Below the pieces are notes generated by a model. That model was given only the letters and a program-made list of their open reading frames with translations, was not told where the DNA came from and did no database searches. Positions 41,929 to 53,714 of a stretch of DNA of 64,000 nucleotides are shown here, one piece after another. Position 1 is the first letter of the stretch. Each line of letters starts with the position of its first letter. This DNA is from an uncultured Rivularia sp. (GTDB lineage Bacteria; Cyanobacteriota; Cyanobacteriia; Cyanobacteriales; Nostocaceae), in the NCBI GenBank assembly GCA_963665115.1, contig OY762007.1, forward strand, positions 2,944,001 to 3,008,000, in the 5' to 3' direction. A program made the position numbers and the translations under genes.

Positions 41929-44900
41929 ATGACTTCACCAATGAATCCCTATCTACTAGCAGACAATTCCAGGAATTTTCTTTCTCAAAGTTTTCTGCTT
42001 GGCATAATTAATAATGTATCCGATCCTATTTTCGTTAAAAACCGGCAACATCAATGGATATTTCTCAATAATGCTTTCTGCGAGTTAACGGGTTATGACT
42101 CAGAAGAATTAATTGGAAAATCGGACTACGATTTTTTTCCTAGCAAAGAAGTCGATCTTTTTCGCGAAAAAGATGAATTAATATTCACTTCGGGTGTCAG
42201 TAGTGACTCGGAAGAATATTTTAGCGACGCTGAAGGTAAAATTTATATTGTTTCAATAACAAAATCTTTATTTAATGATGAGTCTGGGAATCAATTTCTG
42301 ATTGGTACGATTAAAAAAATTAAAGCTTCAGAGAATAAGCAACCACCAGAAGAAAAATTAAGTAATCTTACTTTATATCTAGTCAAAGCAATAAGTAATC
42401 TTTTAAATATTAGCAATTTTGATGAATCATATAATGCTGCTTTGGCGGCTTTAGGAAGAGCTACGGATGTAGATCAAGTATCTATAATAGCGTTCAAGAG
42501 TAAAAGTAATACTGAGAAAAAACGAGTTAATCAGCGTTGGAAATGGTCAAAGAATGATGTTGAAAAACAATCCGATATTTTTACGCGATGGGATATAATT
42601 CTTTCTCAAGGTGAGATTATTGCGGGTTCGGTAAATGATTTTCCCGATTCGGAACGAGAAACTTTAGAAGCTGCAAATATTCTTTCTACTTTGGTAATAC
42701 CAATTCAGGTAGCAGAAGATTTCTGGGGATATATCCGCTTTGATAGTTGTGAAAAACGTAAATGGTTAGATAGCGAAAAGTCTGTTTTACAAGCTGCTGC
42801 GGAATGTTTGGCAGCAGCTTTTTATCGTCATCAATTGCAAGAAAAGCTGAGAGAATCAAAGCAGTTTTTACAGTTAGTAGTCGATAATATACCGCAAAGT
42901 ATTTTTTGGAAAGATTGCAATAGTGCTTTTCTTGGTTGCAACCAAAAGCTTGCGAATGTATGGGGTTTGAGTTCTACTGAAGAAATAATGGGAAAAACTG
43001 ACGATGATTTTTCTAGAACAAAAGAACAATCTGAATGGTATCGGGAATGGGACAAGCGAGTAATAGAGTCTGGAGTTGCAGAATTACATATCGTCGAGAA
43101 GAAACAGCAAGCGGGTGGTAAACACTTTTGGTTAGATACTAATAAAATTCCGTTGCGAGATCGAGAAGATAATATAGTAGGAGTGCTTGCGACTGTTGAG
43201 GATATTACAGAACGCAAGCAGGTAGAAGAATCTTTAAAAGAAAGCGAAGAGAAATTTCATCAGTTATCAACGAATGTTCCGGGAATGCTTTACAAATTTA
43301 AAATGCATCCCGACGGTTCGATGTCTTTTCCTTATGTGAGTCATGGTAGTTATGAACTATTAGGAATAGAAGCAGAAACAATTCAAACAGAATCAAACTT
43401 GTTGATTTCGATGATTCATCCGGAAGACTATAAAACTTTTGAGAAGTCGCTTAATAATTCAGTCGAAACTTTTGAACCATTTTATTGGGAAGGACGTTTA
43501 ATTAAATCATCTGAAAAGATTCAATGGGTGAAAACTGAATCTCGTCCTCAGAAACAACTTGATGGTTCAATTATTTGGGATGGTTTTCTTTCCGATATTA
43601 CTCACCTCAAGCAAACAAAAAAAGCCTTGCAAGCAGCTTATGGAGAAATGGAATCGCTAGTTTTAGAGCGAACTAAAGAATTAAGCCGGACAAATAAAGT
43701 ATTAAAAGCTGAAATTGAAGAACGTAAAAATACGGAAGCTGCACTGCGCGAAACCGAAGCTAAAGTCCAGAAACTAGCAGCAAATGTACCGGGAATGCTT
43801 TACCAATTTGAACTGAATCCCGATGATTCGATGTCTTTTCCTTATGTTAGTCCTGGTTGCTATGAAATTTATAGTTTACAACCAGAACAAATTCAAGCAG
43901 ATCCCGATTCCATTTTTTCAATGGCTCATCCAGATGATTTGAAAAGTTTTAAAACTTCTTGGACTATTTCTGCGAAGAATCTCAAACCTTGGGAACATGA
44001 AGGACGAATAGTTATCCCTTCTGGAGAAATTAAATGGATAAAAAGTCATTCTCGCCCCGAGAAATTGGAAAATGGCACTATTGTTTGGTATGGCTTTATC
44101 TTAAATGTAACGGAACGCAAGCAAGCAGAAAAAGCTCTATTGCGTAGTAACGCCATGTTACAAGCTCAACAAGAAGCTGCAATTGACGGTATTTTAGTGG
44201 TTGATGAAAATCAAAATATATTATCGTGCAATCAGCGTTTTGTTGAGCTATGGCAGATTCCTCAGTCGGTTATTGAAACTGGAGATGAAAAGCATTTATT
44301 AGCATCTATGGTAGATAAATTTACAAATTTAGGAGAATTTATTAATGAAGTAGAAAATTTATCTAATGATCCAGAAAAATCGATTCGCGATGAGATTGAT
44401 TTAGGAGATGGACGAACTTTTGAACGTTACTGTGCCCCTGTAAGTTCGTCTAAGGGGGAATATTTCGGTAGAGTTTGGTATTTTCGAGATATTACCGAAC
44501 GCAAACAAGCAGAACAATCTTTAAAGAGGACTAATTCAGTTTTACAAGCGCAACAAGAAGCTTCTATTGACGGTATTTTAGTTGTTGATGAATATCGCGG
44601 ATCGATATCATATAATCAGCGTTTTATCGATTTATGGCAAATTCCGCAGTCTGCCATCGAAACGGGTAAGCACGAAGCAATTTTTGCCTCGATGCTAGAA
44701 AAACAAGAAAATCCCGAAGAATTTGTATCTACTTTAGAATATCTTTTCGATCATCCAGATAAAAGTTGCCGTAATGAGATTTATTTCAAAGATGGAAAAA
44801 CTTTAGAGCGCTATATTGCTTCAGTACTTTCTTTAACTGGAGATAATTATGGTAAGATATTCTACTTTCGAGATATTACCGAACGCAAGCAAGCCGAAGC

Positions 44901-45789
44901 AAAATTGCGTCAGCAAACACAAGAATTAGAAAAGGCTCTTTTAAAATTAAAACGTACTCAAGTTCAGCTAATTCAAAGCGAAAAAATGTCCAGTCTGGGA
45001 CAATTAGTAGCCGGAATTGCTCATGAAATTAATAACCCCGTTAACTTTATCGATGCTAATCTTACATACACTCAAGAATATTTTGAAGATTTGTTAGGAC
45101 TTATTAAAATTTATCAGAATAATTCTCCCGATAATTCAGAAGCAGAAGAATTTATTCAAAAGATTGAATTTGATTATCTTCAAGAAGATTTGCCGTCAAT
45201 TATTAAATCTATGAAAACAGGAGCCGAAAGAATTGGCAAAATTGTGCTTTCTTTGAGAACTTTTTCGCGCTTAGATGAAGCAGAGTTTAAAACGATTGAT
45301 ATTCATGAAAATATTGATAGCACTTTAATGATTTTGCAGAATAGTCTTGAAGCGAAACCAGACAGAGTTGCAATTGTAGTTACTAAGGAATTTGAAGTTT
45401 TGCCCTTAGTTGGATGTTATGCGGGAAAACTCAATCAAGTTTTTCTGAATATCTTGAATAATGCAATTGATGCTTTAGAAGAAGCAATCAAAAATCAACA
45501 AATATCTGAAAACGAATATCCTCAAATTCGTATTTCAACTAAATTAATACAGCAAGATATTGTGCAAATTAGCATAATTGATAATGGTTCAGGTATTCCC
45601 AAAGACAATATCAACAAGCTATTCGATCCATTTTTTACTACCAAAGCTGTAGGTAAAGGTACTGGTTTGGGATTATCTATGAGCTACCAGATTATAGTCG
45701 AGCAGCATGAGGGACAACTAAACTGTATTTCTACTTTGGGAGAAGGTACGGAATTTCAAATACAAATACCTGTTTATAAAAGGGAGTAG
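41929..45789 (+). CDS. Multi-PAS/GAF sensor histidine kinase
   Basis: Repeated DITERK PAS ends, a GAF region, GIAHEINNP, N box and GKGTGLGLS. Confidence 0.95.
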   Translation: MTSPMNPYLLADNSRNFLSQSFLLGIINNVSDPIFVKNRQHQWIFLNNAFCELTGYDSEELIGKSDYDFFPSKEVDLFREKDELIFTSGVSSDSEEYFSDAEGKIYIVSITKSLFNDESGNQFLIGTIKKIKASENKQPPEEKLSNLTLYLVKAISNLLNISNFDESYNAALAALGRATDVDQVSIIAFKSKSNTEKKRVNQRWKWSKNDVEKQSDIFTRWDIILSQGEIIAGSVNDFPDSERETLEAANILSTLVIPIQVAEDFWGYIRFDSCEKRKWLDSEKSVLQAAAECLAAAFYRHQLQEKLRESKQFLQLVVDNIPQSIFWKDCNSAFLGCNQKLANVWGLSSTEEIMGKTDDDFSRTKEQSEWYREWDKRVIESGVAELHIVEKKQQAGGKHFWLDTNKIPLRDREDNIVGVLATVEDITERKQVEESLKESEEKFHQLSTNVPGMLYKFKMHPDGSMSFPYVSHGSYELLGIEAETIQTESNLLISMIHPEDYKTFEKSLNNSVETFEPFYWEGRLIKSSEKIQWVKTESRPQKQLDGSIIWDGFLSDITHLKQTKKALQAAYGEMESLVLERTKELSRTNKVLKAEIEERKNTEAALRETEAKVQKLAANVPGMLYQFELNPDDSMSFPYVSPGCYEIYSLQPEQIQADPDSIFSMAHPDDLKSFKTSWTISAKNLKPWEHEGRIVIPSGEIKWIKSHSRPEKLENGTIVWYGFILNVTERKQAEKALLRSNAMLQAQQEAAIDGILVVDENQNILSCNQRFVELWQIPQSVIETGDEKHLLASMVDKFTNLGEFINEVENLSNDPEKSIRDEIDLGDGRTFERYCAPVSSSKGEYFGRVWYFRDITERKQAEQSLKRTNSVLQAQQEASIDGILVVDEYRGSISYNQRFIDLWQIPQSAIETGKHEAIFASMLEKQENPEEFVSTLEYLFDHPDKSCRNEIYFKDGKTLERYIASVLSLTGDNYGKIFYFRDITERKQAEAKLRQQTQELEKALLKLKRTQVQLIQSEKMSSLGQLVAGIAHEINNPVNFIDANLTYTQEYFEDLLGLIKIYQNNSPDNSEAEEFIQKIEFDYLQEDLPSIIKSMKTGAERIGKIVLSLRTFSRLDEAEFKTIDIHENIDSTLMILQNSLEAKPDRVAIVVTKEFEVLPLVGCYAGKLNQVFLNILNNAIDALEEAIKNQQISENEYPQIRISTKLIQQDIVQISIIDNGSGIPKDNINKLFDPFFTTKAVGKGTGLGLSMSYQIIVEQHEGQLNCISTLGEGTEFQIQIPVYKRE

Positions 45790-45978
45790 GGAGTAATGAG
45801 TAATGAGTAGGGAGTAGGGAGTGGGAAGTAGGCTAAAAATTCAAAATAATTTGCAATGAAAATTGATCTTTTTTCTTCCCTGTTCCCTATTCCCCGTTCC
45901 CTACTCCCTATACTAGATTGTTTATTTACAAAGCTAATGTGGGAACACTAAGTATAATGTGTTTCCTCAAATGAACTT

Positions 45979-48456
45979 ATGCTACCGGCAGAATTTAAGT
46001 CTTTACAACCCGTTAACGAAAATGCAGTCAATCCGCTACCCATGTGTCAAGTAATAATTGACAATTTACCTGAATTGATATACTGGAAAAATAATGATTT
46101 AGTCTTTCAAGGTTGTAATGTAGCTTTTGCTAGAGCCGTAGGGTTAACTTCCCCCCAACAGATTGTCGGTAAAACAGACTCGGAATTACCTTTAAAAAAT
46201 CAAATGCTTGGCTTCTTGCTAAATCGCCTTCAAAGTGGTAGTTTTGCGGGCGATCGCCAAGTAATCGAAGACAATACAAATTTTGATCAAATAATAATTT
46301 CTAGTTTAGCTTCAGGTGAGAAAGTCTGGTTACATATCCGTAAAAACCCTTTGATTAATAGTGATAGTGAAGTTGCTGGTATGCTTTGCCGTATTGAAGA
46401 TATTACTAAGCGTAAGTTAGAGGAACGATTACTGATAGAGTCTCAGCAGCGACGTTTAGCATTAATGGTGCAACAAAGTCCGTTAGCGGTGATTGAATGG
46501 AATTGTAATTTTGAAATCAAAGAATGGAATCAAGCCGCAGAAAGAATTTTTGGATACAGCAAAAGTGAAGTTTTAGGTCGTGATTTTAGCCTTTTAGTCA
46601 CAGATGATTTCAAAATTACTTTGTCAGAAATGCTGCACAACTTTGTTATTGATAAACAAAGGATGTTCAGCACCAATGAAAATATAACAAAAGATGGTAG
46701 AAAAATTGTTTGCGAATGGTACAACTATCCTTTGGTGGCTGCTAATGGTGAAATAGTCGGTATTGCTTCAATGGCATTTGATATTACCGAACGCAAACGT
46801 GAGTCGGAACAGCTACAAAAGCAAGAGCAATTTCTTCGCACAGTTTACGATGGTGCTGACGATTCTTTAATTGTTATCGATGTTACCGAAGATGGCAATT
46901 TTCGCTATGCAGGAGTGAACGCAGCCGCAGAAAGAAGTAGTGGTTTAACTCGAACACAAGTTATTGGTAAGACTCCAAAAGAATTATTTGGAGAGGTTGA
47001 AGGTGCTAGATTATCCCAAAGTTATCGCAAATGTTTAGAAACAGGTCAATCCTTTTCCTTTGAAGAATGTATCACTTTTAAAAATCAGCCAAGTTGGCAT
47101 TTAGTTACTATTAATCCTTTAAAAGATAATTCTGGCAAAATATACAGACTTGTAGGCACAGCATTAGATATTACTGAACGCAGACAAGCAGAAATAGCAT
47201 TACAAAACTCTTTAAAAGAATCAGCCGATATTAAGTTCGCTTTAAACCAAGCAGTTATCGTGGCAATTACTGATAATAAAGGACATATTGAATACGTTAA
47301 CGACAAATTTTGCGAAATATCCCAATATAGCCGCGAAGAATTAATCGGTAAAAACCATAGAATTATCAACTCCGGTAATCATCCTAAATCTTTCTTTACC
47401 CAAATGTGGGGAACCATTACTAAAGGTAAAGTTTGGCGAGGAGAAATACAAAATCGTGCCAAAGATAAAAGTCTTTATTGGGTAGACACAACCATTGTGC
47501 CAATGATAGACGCGCAAGGTAAACCGCAGCACTACATTGCCATTCGTAACGATATTACCGCTCGCAAACAAGCCGAAACCGAAGTACACCAAAAAGCGCA
47601 AGACTTAGAAAATACTCTCTTAGAACTGCAAAAGGCTCAAACACAATTAGTCCAAAGTGAAAAAATGTCCGGTTTAGGTCAATTAGTAGCAGGTGTAGCT
47701 CATGAAATTAATAACCCCGTAAACTTTATTTACGGAAATCTCAGCCATGCAAATAATTATGCTCAAGACTTATTAGAAGTAATCAAACTTTACCGTCAAA
47801 AATATCCTCAGCCTGCATCAGAAATAAAGGAATTAGCAGAAGAATTAGATTTAGAGTTTTTAGTAGAAGATTTACCCAAACTATTAGGTTCTATGAAAGT
47901 GGGAGCGCAAAGGATTCGAGAAATTGTTGCTTCTTTACGTACCTTCTCCCGCATGGATGAAGCACACATGAAAGAAGTTGATATCCACGAAGGAATCGAC
48001 AGCACTTTGATGATTTTAGAACATCGCATCAAAGCTAAATCCGACCGTTCCAGAATTGTAATTATCAAAGATTATAGTAAAATACCGCAAATAGAATGCT
48101 ATCCCGGTCAATTAAACCAGGTGTTTATGAACATTTTAGCTAATGCACTCGATGCATTAGAAGAAGGAATTGGAGATGATAATTCTCCTACTATTGGTAT
48201 TAAAACGGAATTAGAAGGATGCAAGCAAGTAAAAATCTCTATATCCGATAACGGAAAAGGAATTGCCGAAAAAATTAAAACAAGACTTTTCGATCCATTT
48301 TTTACAACTAAATCAGTAGGAAAAGGTACCGGAATGGGATTATCAATTAGCTATCAAATTATTGTAGAAAAACATTTTGGTTCTTTGAACTGTATTTCCG
48401 CACCCGGAGAAGGTACTGAGTTTGTAATTACTATTCCGTTGAAACAATGTAAATGA
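45979..48456 (+). CDS. Multi-PAS sensor histidine kinase
   Basis: Four PAS/PAC units, GVAHEINNP and GKGTGMGLS. Confidence 0.95.
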   Translation: MLPAEFKSLQPVNENAVNPLPMCQVIIDNLPELIYWKNNDLVFQGCNVAFARAVGLTSPQQIVGKTDSELPLKNQMLGFLLNRLQSGSFAGDRQVIEDNTNFDQIIISSLASGEKVWLHIRKNPLINSDSEVAGMLCRIEDITKRKLEERLLIESQQRRLALMVQQSPLAVIEWNCNFEIKEWNQAAERIFGYSKSEVLGRDFSLLVTDDFKITLSEMLHNFVIDKQRMFSTNENITKDGRKIVCEWYNYPLVAANGEIVGIASMAFDITERKRESEQLQKQEQFLRTVYDGADDSLIVIDVTEDGNFRYAGVNAAAERSSGLTRTQVIGKTPKELFGEVEGARLSQSYRKCLETGQSFSFEECITFKNQPSWHLVTINPLKDNSGKIYRLVGTALDITERRQAEIALQNSLKESADIKFALNQAVIVAITDNKGHIEYVNDKFCEISQYSREELIGKNHRIINSGNHPKSFFTQMWGTITKGKVWRGEIQNRAKDKSLYWVDTTIVPMIDAQGKPQHYIAIRNDITARKQAETEVHQKAQDLENTLLELQKAQTQLVQSEKMSGLGQLVAGVAHEINNPVNFIYGNLSHANNYAQDLLEVIKLYRQKYPQPASEIKELAEELDLEFLVEDLPKLLGSMKVGAQRIREIVASLRTFSRMDEAHMKEVDIHEGIDSTLMILEHRIKAKSDRSRIVIIKDYSKIPQIECYPGQLNQVFMNILANALDALEEGIGDDNSPTIGIKTELEGCKQVKISISDNGKGIAEKIKTRLFDPFFTTKSVGKGTGMGLSISYQIIVEKHFGSLNCISAPGEGTEFVITIPLKQCK

Positions 48457-48471
48457 TTGGGAATGGGGCAT

Positions 48472-48593
48472 AGAATTTTAGATTTTAGATTTTAGATTTT
48501 AGATTTTGGATTAAAAATTTTGTGCAAAGCTAGGGAGCAAGATTGAAATTAGGGAGCAAGATTAAAATTAGGGAGCAAGATGCTCCCACTACA
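48472..48593. repeat. (attttag)n heptamers plus three gggagcaagat units ending in a REP-like hairpin
   Basis: Direct repeats are visible. gggagcaagatgctcccactaca matches gggagcgagacgctcccactaca at ~55878. Confidence 0.75.
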
Positions 48594-48629
48594 TAAATCA
48601 ATTGTAAAAAAATAATTTTTTTGATAAAC

Positions 48630-50057
48630 CTAAATACTATAGCCATCCGAAAAACTCAGATTTGGTTGCTTGTTAGCACATGATAAAGGATTTTCATTCC
48701 ACGAGACTTGCGGTTTTTCGCAAACAATGACTGTTTTATCGAAAGGGACAACGCACCAAATTTATCGGCAATACGAAATGTATAAGTTAAGCTTTTGTTC
48801 GTTGAATTTAACTCCTATAAAACGAGCAAATTCAAACAGTGCTGCTGAAGCGACAAATTCATTGTTGCTCAAAATATGTTCGTAGTTGAAATATAGTAAA
48901 ATTAAATCTTTATCTAAAGCATCTCTTAAATCGTACTTTAGCGCAGAAGATAGAATCTTCGTTATGCTCTCTAAACTTGAATTAATATCATCTTTCAATA
49001 TTTTCTCTATGCTATTCTTTAAATCATATTCTATAAAATCATCTAAAACATCACTTAGCTCAGATTGCAATGATTTCAGAGCAGATGTAATTACAGGTTT
49101 TGTTAGAGCATAATCAAAAGGAAGTAATAGAAAATCCCAATACAGCGAGTTTAATTTTTCTGCCAGATATTGATTTTCAGTTTGTTTCAAAAAATCTGAT
49201 TGTCCAAAAAAACCTAGATGTGCGGTATAGAAACTAGGTACAAAAATAATTTCCGGTACTTGTTCTTCTGCGTATCGATATAATTCTTGAATAACTTTAG
49301 TTGCTTGTTCTTTCTTTATGGGTGTATTAATTAAATTTAACCAGCTTTGTTTAGTTTTAAAAAGTTCTGCTTCTTGTTCTAACGTTACACAATATATATT
49401 TTTATTTTCATCTGCGAATCTATATCTATAATGAATAAATTCAAACTTTTGTCGATCTAAATTAATAGAAACAAAATCTCGATCGCGTTCCAAACTAACA
49501 AATGCTTGTTCGGCACAGTCTGCAATTTCTGCAATCAAATCTCCTAAGCTCTTATATATTTTACGCTTATCAAAAAGCCAGTTTTTATTTTTTATTATTT
49601 TTAAATTGTCTCGATCGTGTTTAAATTCTTTATTAAAATAAAAATCTTCATAAAAGCCGTCATCATCGTATAGCATGATTACAGAAGATTCATTTATTCC
49701 AAGAGGAACTGCAAAAAAATTTCCTCCAAATTCCCCTGAAAAATATAAAACTATCAGAAAATAGAAAATCTCGCCATCATCGTTTACTTTTTTTATATGA
49801 CGAATAGTCTCTTCAAGTGGGGTAAAATGACCTGTGATACTACCATAATCAGAAAATTCAAAATAAGTATTATCTACTAAACCATTTCGCCATTGATAAA
49901 GCTCGTAAACTTCTTTAGGTAATTTAAAGGGTAAATCTTTGGTTATTTCATCAATCTCTTCAGATTTTAATCCCGGTTGAAACAAGTCTTTAACTTCTGG
50001 TGCTTTTTCTTCTATACAATCCCAGATTCGCTTTAAATTATTTTTGATTGCCGTCAT
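48630..50057 (-). CDS. SMI1/KNR4-like N-terminal domain + DUF6745-like C-terminus, with an in-frame stop at 48764-48762
   Basis: PGL..EEI...LPFKLPKEVYELYQWRNG. The frame continues for 43 codons past the TAA (IWCVVPFDKTVIVCEKP...FSDGYSI). Confidence 0.6.
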
Positions 50058-50268
50058 ATTAACAATTAAACTGACGCAAAATTAAACATCTTTCTTTTAA
50101 TATTTACATAGAAAATGTTGAATACAAATAAGTCTTGTGGGATGGGCTTCCAGCCCGTCTTTTATGTCAACAACCTGCTTTGTATTTAATTTTATCAAGA
50201 ACTTCTATATTTCGGTGCGTTAGGCTGAAGCCGTAACACACCCTACCAACTACTAACTACTAACCAAT

Positions 50269-51177
50269 CTAAGGAATCGCTACCACTCTTAACAAACGTT
50301 CCATTACACTTTGCGCTCTCCTTCCTCCCACGGCTATCAAACGATGACTCAAAACATGGGGAGCAATAAATTTTACATCATCGGGTATTGCATAATCGCG
50401 TCCGGAAAGATACGCAAAGGCTTGTGTAGCGCGGTGTAATGCTACAGTTCCCCTCGGACTGACACCGAGAGTAATTTCTTCGTCACATCTTGTCGCTCTT
50501 ACCAAATCGAGCATATATTGCTGTAATGAAGCTTCTACTTTGATACCAGCACAAATTCGCTGTAATTCTTCAACTTCAGCTAAGGTTATACAGGGTTTTA
50601 AGTCAGTAAATTTGCTGCCATCCTGGAGTCGAGATAGCATTTGTAACTCTTCTTGCTCCGTAGGATAACCCAAGCTCAAGGACAGCATAAATCTATCCAT
50701 TTGCGCCTCGGGTAGGGGAAAAGTACCTTGATATTCAACTGGGTTTTGAGTGGCGATGACGAAAAACGGTTGGGGAACTGCACGAGAGACACCATCAACT
50801 GTTACCTGCCCTTCTTCCATAACTTCTAGCAAGGCAGATTGAGTACGGGGTGTAGCGCGGTTGATTTCGTCTGCTAGCATTACGTTCGCAAAAATTGGTC
50901 CTTCTAAAAAAGTGAATTCACCAGTTTTAGGACTCCAAATATTTGTACCCGTAATATCAGTAGGTAGTAAATCCGGCGTGCATTGTAAACGTTGAAATTT
51001 TCCATCAACGGAACGAGCCAAAGATTTAGCAAGCAGAGTTTTGCCGACTCCGGGAACGTCTTCAAGCAAAGCGTGTCCCCCACCTAATAAGGCGACTAAT
51101 ACCAAGCGGATAGCTTCAGATTTACCAACAATGGTACGAGCTAGATTTTGTGTCAGAGCGTCAATTTTATCTCTCAT
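50269..51177 (-). CDS. MoxR family AAA+ ATPase
   Basis: DVPGVGKT, DEINRA, TQNPVEYQGTFPLPEAQMDRF and SPR. Confidence 0.95.
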   Translation of the reverse strand: MRDKIDALTQNLARTIVGKSEAIRLVLVALLGGGHALLEDVPGVGKTLLAKSLARSVDGKFQRLQCTPDLLPTDITGTNIWSPKTGEFTFLEGPIFANVMLADEINRATPRTQSALLEVMEEGQVTVDGVSRAVPQPFFVIATQNPVEYQGTFPLPEAQMDRFMLSLSLGYPTEQEELQMLSRLQDGSKFTDLKPCITLAEVEELQRICAGIKVEASLQQYMLDLVRATRCDEEITLGVSPRGTVALHRATQAFAYLSGRDYAIPDDVKFIAPHVLSHRLIAVGGRRAQSVMERLLRVVAIP

Positions 51178-51310
51178 GCAACGAATAAGGTTAAAGGTTA
51201 AAGGTCAAAGGTCAAAGGTTAGGAGTTAGGAGTTAGTGTCTACTTTAATGCTCCATGCCCAATGCCCAATGCCCAATTCCCTTTTTTATTGTTCCCAGAG
51301 TTGGCATAAA

Positions 51311-52304
51311 CTAACACGCTTGTCGGAAAAATTTTCTGGCGGTAGTGCAGTCGAGTTGAATTTGAGCTTTGAGGGCTTCTAATGATGAAAATTTCTGTTG
51401 GGGCCTGAGAAATTTTTCTAATTGGATTTGCAGCTTTTTATCGTATAAATCTCCAGTGAAATCTAAAAGATGTACTTCTACTGTGAGATTAGTGCCGTTT
51501 ACGGTGGGGCGATCGCCAATGTTCATCACTCCCCAGCGGTTGTTTATAATATCAGGGCCGTTCGATATCGCTAACTCTAACGGCATAAACTCCTTGTCGG
51601 GGCAAAAATTTATCTTCTGGTAATTCTAAGTTGGCAGTGGGGAAACCAATCGTTCTACCGAGTTGCTGTCCTTTGACTACTTTACCCATAAGAGTATAAG
51701 GTCTTCCCAATAGTCGGTTGGCTTTTTCAAGCTGACCAGTTTCGAGCGTTTGGCGAATTCTTGAAGTGCTGATACGAGTTTCCTCTTCAATTAGCGGTAA
51801 ATCGTCTTCATGCATTTCCAAGGGAACGATAGTAACGGGAATACCATACTTAGCAACAAGTACCTGTAAATCCATTGCAGTACCGCTGCGCTGGGAACCA
51901 AAACAAAAATCTTGTCCAACGCTGATTCTTGCAGCTTGTAATTTCTCTACGATAATTTGTTCTACGAACTGTTCGGGAGTCAAAGCGGCTAATTCTTTGT
52001 TGAAGGGGATTAGTACAAGTTGTTCTACCCCAAGCAGTTCTAGCTGTCGGACTTTTTCATCCACAGGAGTCAACAAACTTCTAGGTTTCCCCGTAAAAAA
52101 CTCTTGGGGATGCGGTTCAAATGTAATAACTGTTGGGTGAATGCGTTCTGCGCCTGCTGATTTATGCAAAATTGGTTGGATTACCCTTTGATGACCGCGA
52201 TGAACGCCATCAAACTTACCAAGGGCAACAGCAGTAGGAGTTTGAATCAATTCGGTTGAAGATGTTACCCACACAGAACACCCATTTTGAGACAGATTTG
52301 GCAC
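51311..52304 (-). CDS. ribF: Bifunctional riboflavin kinase/FAD synthetase; +1 frameshift at ~51555-51557
   Basis: GKFDGVHRGH, ISTSRIR, GRTIGFPTAN, NIGDRPTV and EVHLLDF. Confidence 0.93.
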
Positions 52305-52349
52305 GTCAATTTTGGGACGAGAGGTTTAACAAGACGGGGAGTAGAGGAA

Positions 52350-52460
52350 ATGGGAGTTAGGAGTTGGGAGTTAGGAATTAGGAGTTAGGAATTATTTTTT
52401 TATTCCCAATGCCCAATGCCCAATGCCCATTACTTATTTCTCATTACCTATTCCCAATTT
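52350..52460. repeat. STRR-type heptamer arrays (ggagtta; cccaatg)
   Basis: Tandem copies. Similar arrays occur at ~34984, 37285, 40788, 45782, 51190-51280, 54750 and 55790-55985. Confidence 0.8.
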
Positions 52461-52539
52461 GCCATAGTTTAACTAAGGCTCTCGAATACCAATTTAATCC
52501 AAATTCTGTAATCAATCTGAGATCGAAGCTTTATATCAA

Positions 52540-53427
52540 CTATCGACTAATAGGAAAACTTTTTGATAAGGGAACATTCATCGGAACGTTTAGTACCATT
52601 CCTTCCTTAGCCATGACTGCACCGGGGAATCTCTGTTTGGCTTCTTGACCAATGCGGTCTAAAAACTCGTCGTTATGGGATGGATCGTGATGGTAAATAA
52701 CTAGAGTTTTAACATTAGCAGCTTCGGCTACTTTAACGGCTTCTTGCCATGTAGAATGTCCCCAGCCTATTTTCGGCGATTTCGATGAATAATATTCCTC
52801 ATCGGTATAAGTTGAATCATAAATCAAAATATCGGCGTTATTGGCAAGCCTTAAAACATTTTCATCCAATTTATCGGGATAATGTTCGGTATCCGTAACA
52901 TACACGGCAGAACCACCTTGCCAATTAACTCGGTATCCTACCGATTCACCTGGATGGTTTAGCGGTGCGGTTTCGACAGCAATATCTTCTATATGAATGG
53001 TTTTTCCAGGTTTTACTTCGCAAAAATCCAAATTCGACTGCATAATTTGCAAAGGTACGGGGAAGTTTGGATGTAGCATCTGGTCGTTTAGACGTTGTTC
53101 TACAGTAGAACCATCAGGAGCTACTGCACCATAAATGTGAAATTTATTACCCGCAACAAATCCAGGAACAAAAAACGGAAATCCCTGGACGTGATCCCAA
53201 TGAGAGTGGGTAAAAAATAGATAAGCTTCTAACGGCATTTTAGGTAATAGAGACTGCCCTAAAACGTGGATTCCCGTGCCTCCATCGAAAATAAAGCGTT
53301 TGTCGCCCACTTGCATCTCGACGCAAGGGGTATTACCTCCATAACGAACGGTTTGGGGTCCCGGACAGGGGATACTGCCACGAACACCCCAAAATTTTAC
53401 GGTAAATTGATTCTCTGTCCTAGACAT
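52540..53427 (-). CDS. MBL-fold metallo-hydrolase (RNase Z/phosphodiesterase-like)
   Basis: WGVRGS, YGGNT.C, THSHWDH, DTE, GHS and HHDP. Confidence 0.9.
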   Translation of the reverse strand: MSRTENQFTVKFWGVRGSIPCPGPQTVRYGGNTPCVEMQVGDKRFIFDGGTGIHVLGQSLLPKMPLEAYLFFTHSHWDHVQGFPFFVPGFVAGNKFHIYGAVAPDGSTVEQRLNDQMLHPNFPVPLQIMQSNLDFCEVKPGKTIHIEDIAVETAPLNHPGESVGYRVNWQGGSAVYVTDTEHYPDKLDENVLRLANNADILIYDSTYTDEEYYSSKSPKIGWGHSTWQEAVKVAEAANVKTLVIYHHDPSHNDEFLDRIGQEAKQRFPGAVMAKEGMVLNVPMNVPLSKSFPISR

Positions 53428-53714
53428 GAGTGTTGCTTGTCAAGATTGAGCGGGCGAACAATACAAAAAATTTTACGATCTATAGTTCAATTAACGCTGC
53501 CTAACCTATTCTTGTAGAAAGGGAAAATAAGCGTTTGCAACATATTTTTCAAGAGTTTTCCGCGTCTTAATGCGAGCCACTTTTAAACTTATGCTGCGAT
53601 TAATTCAACTATACGTCTGTATATTTTCTTTATAGACGTTTTTACTTTATAACCTATATTTTACAGTAATGCATTTAACCTCCTAAAAAGCTTGTTTTTT
53701 TGCTTACAAATATT

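Noticed and set aside
48530..48593. Possible mini-CRISPR (gggagcaagat x3)
   Set aside because: The units are only 18-19 bp with near-identical spacers, and there are no cas genes.
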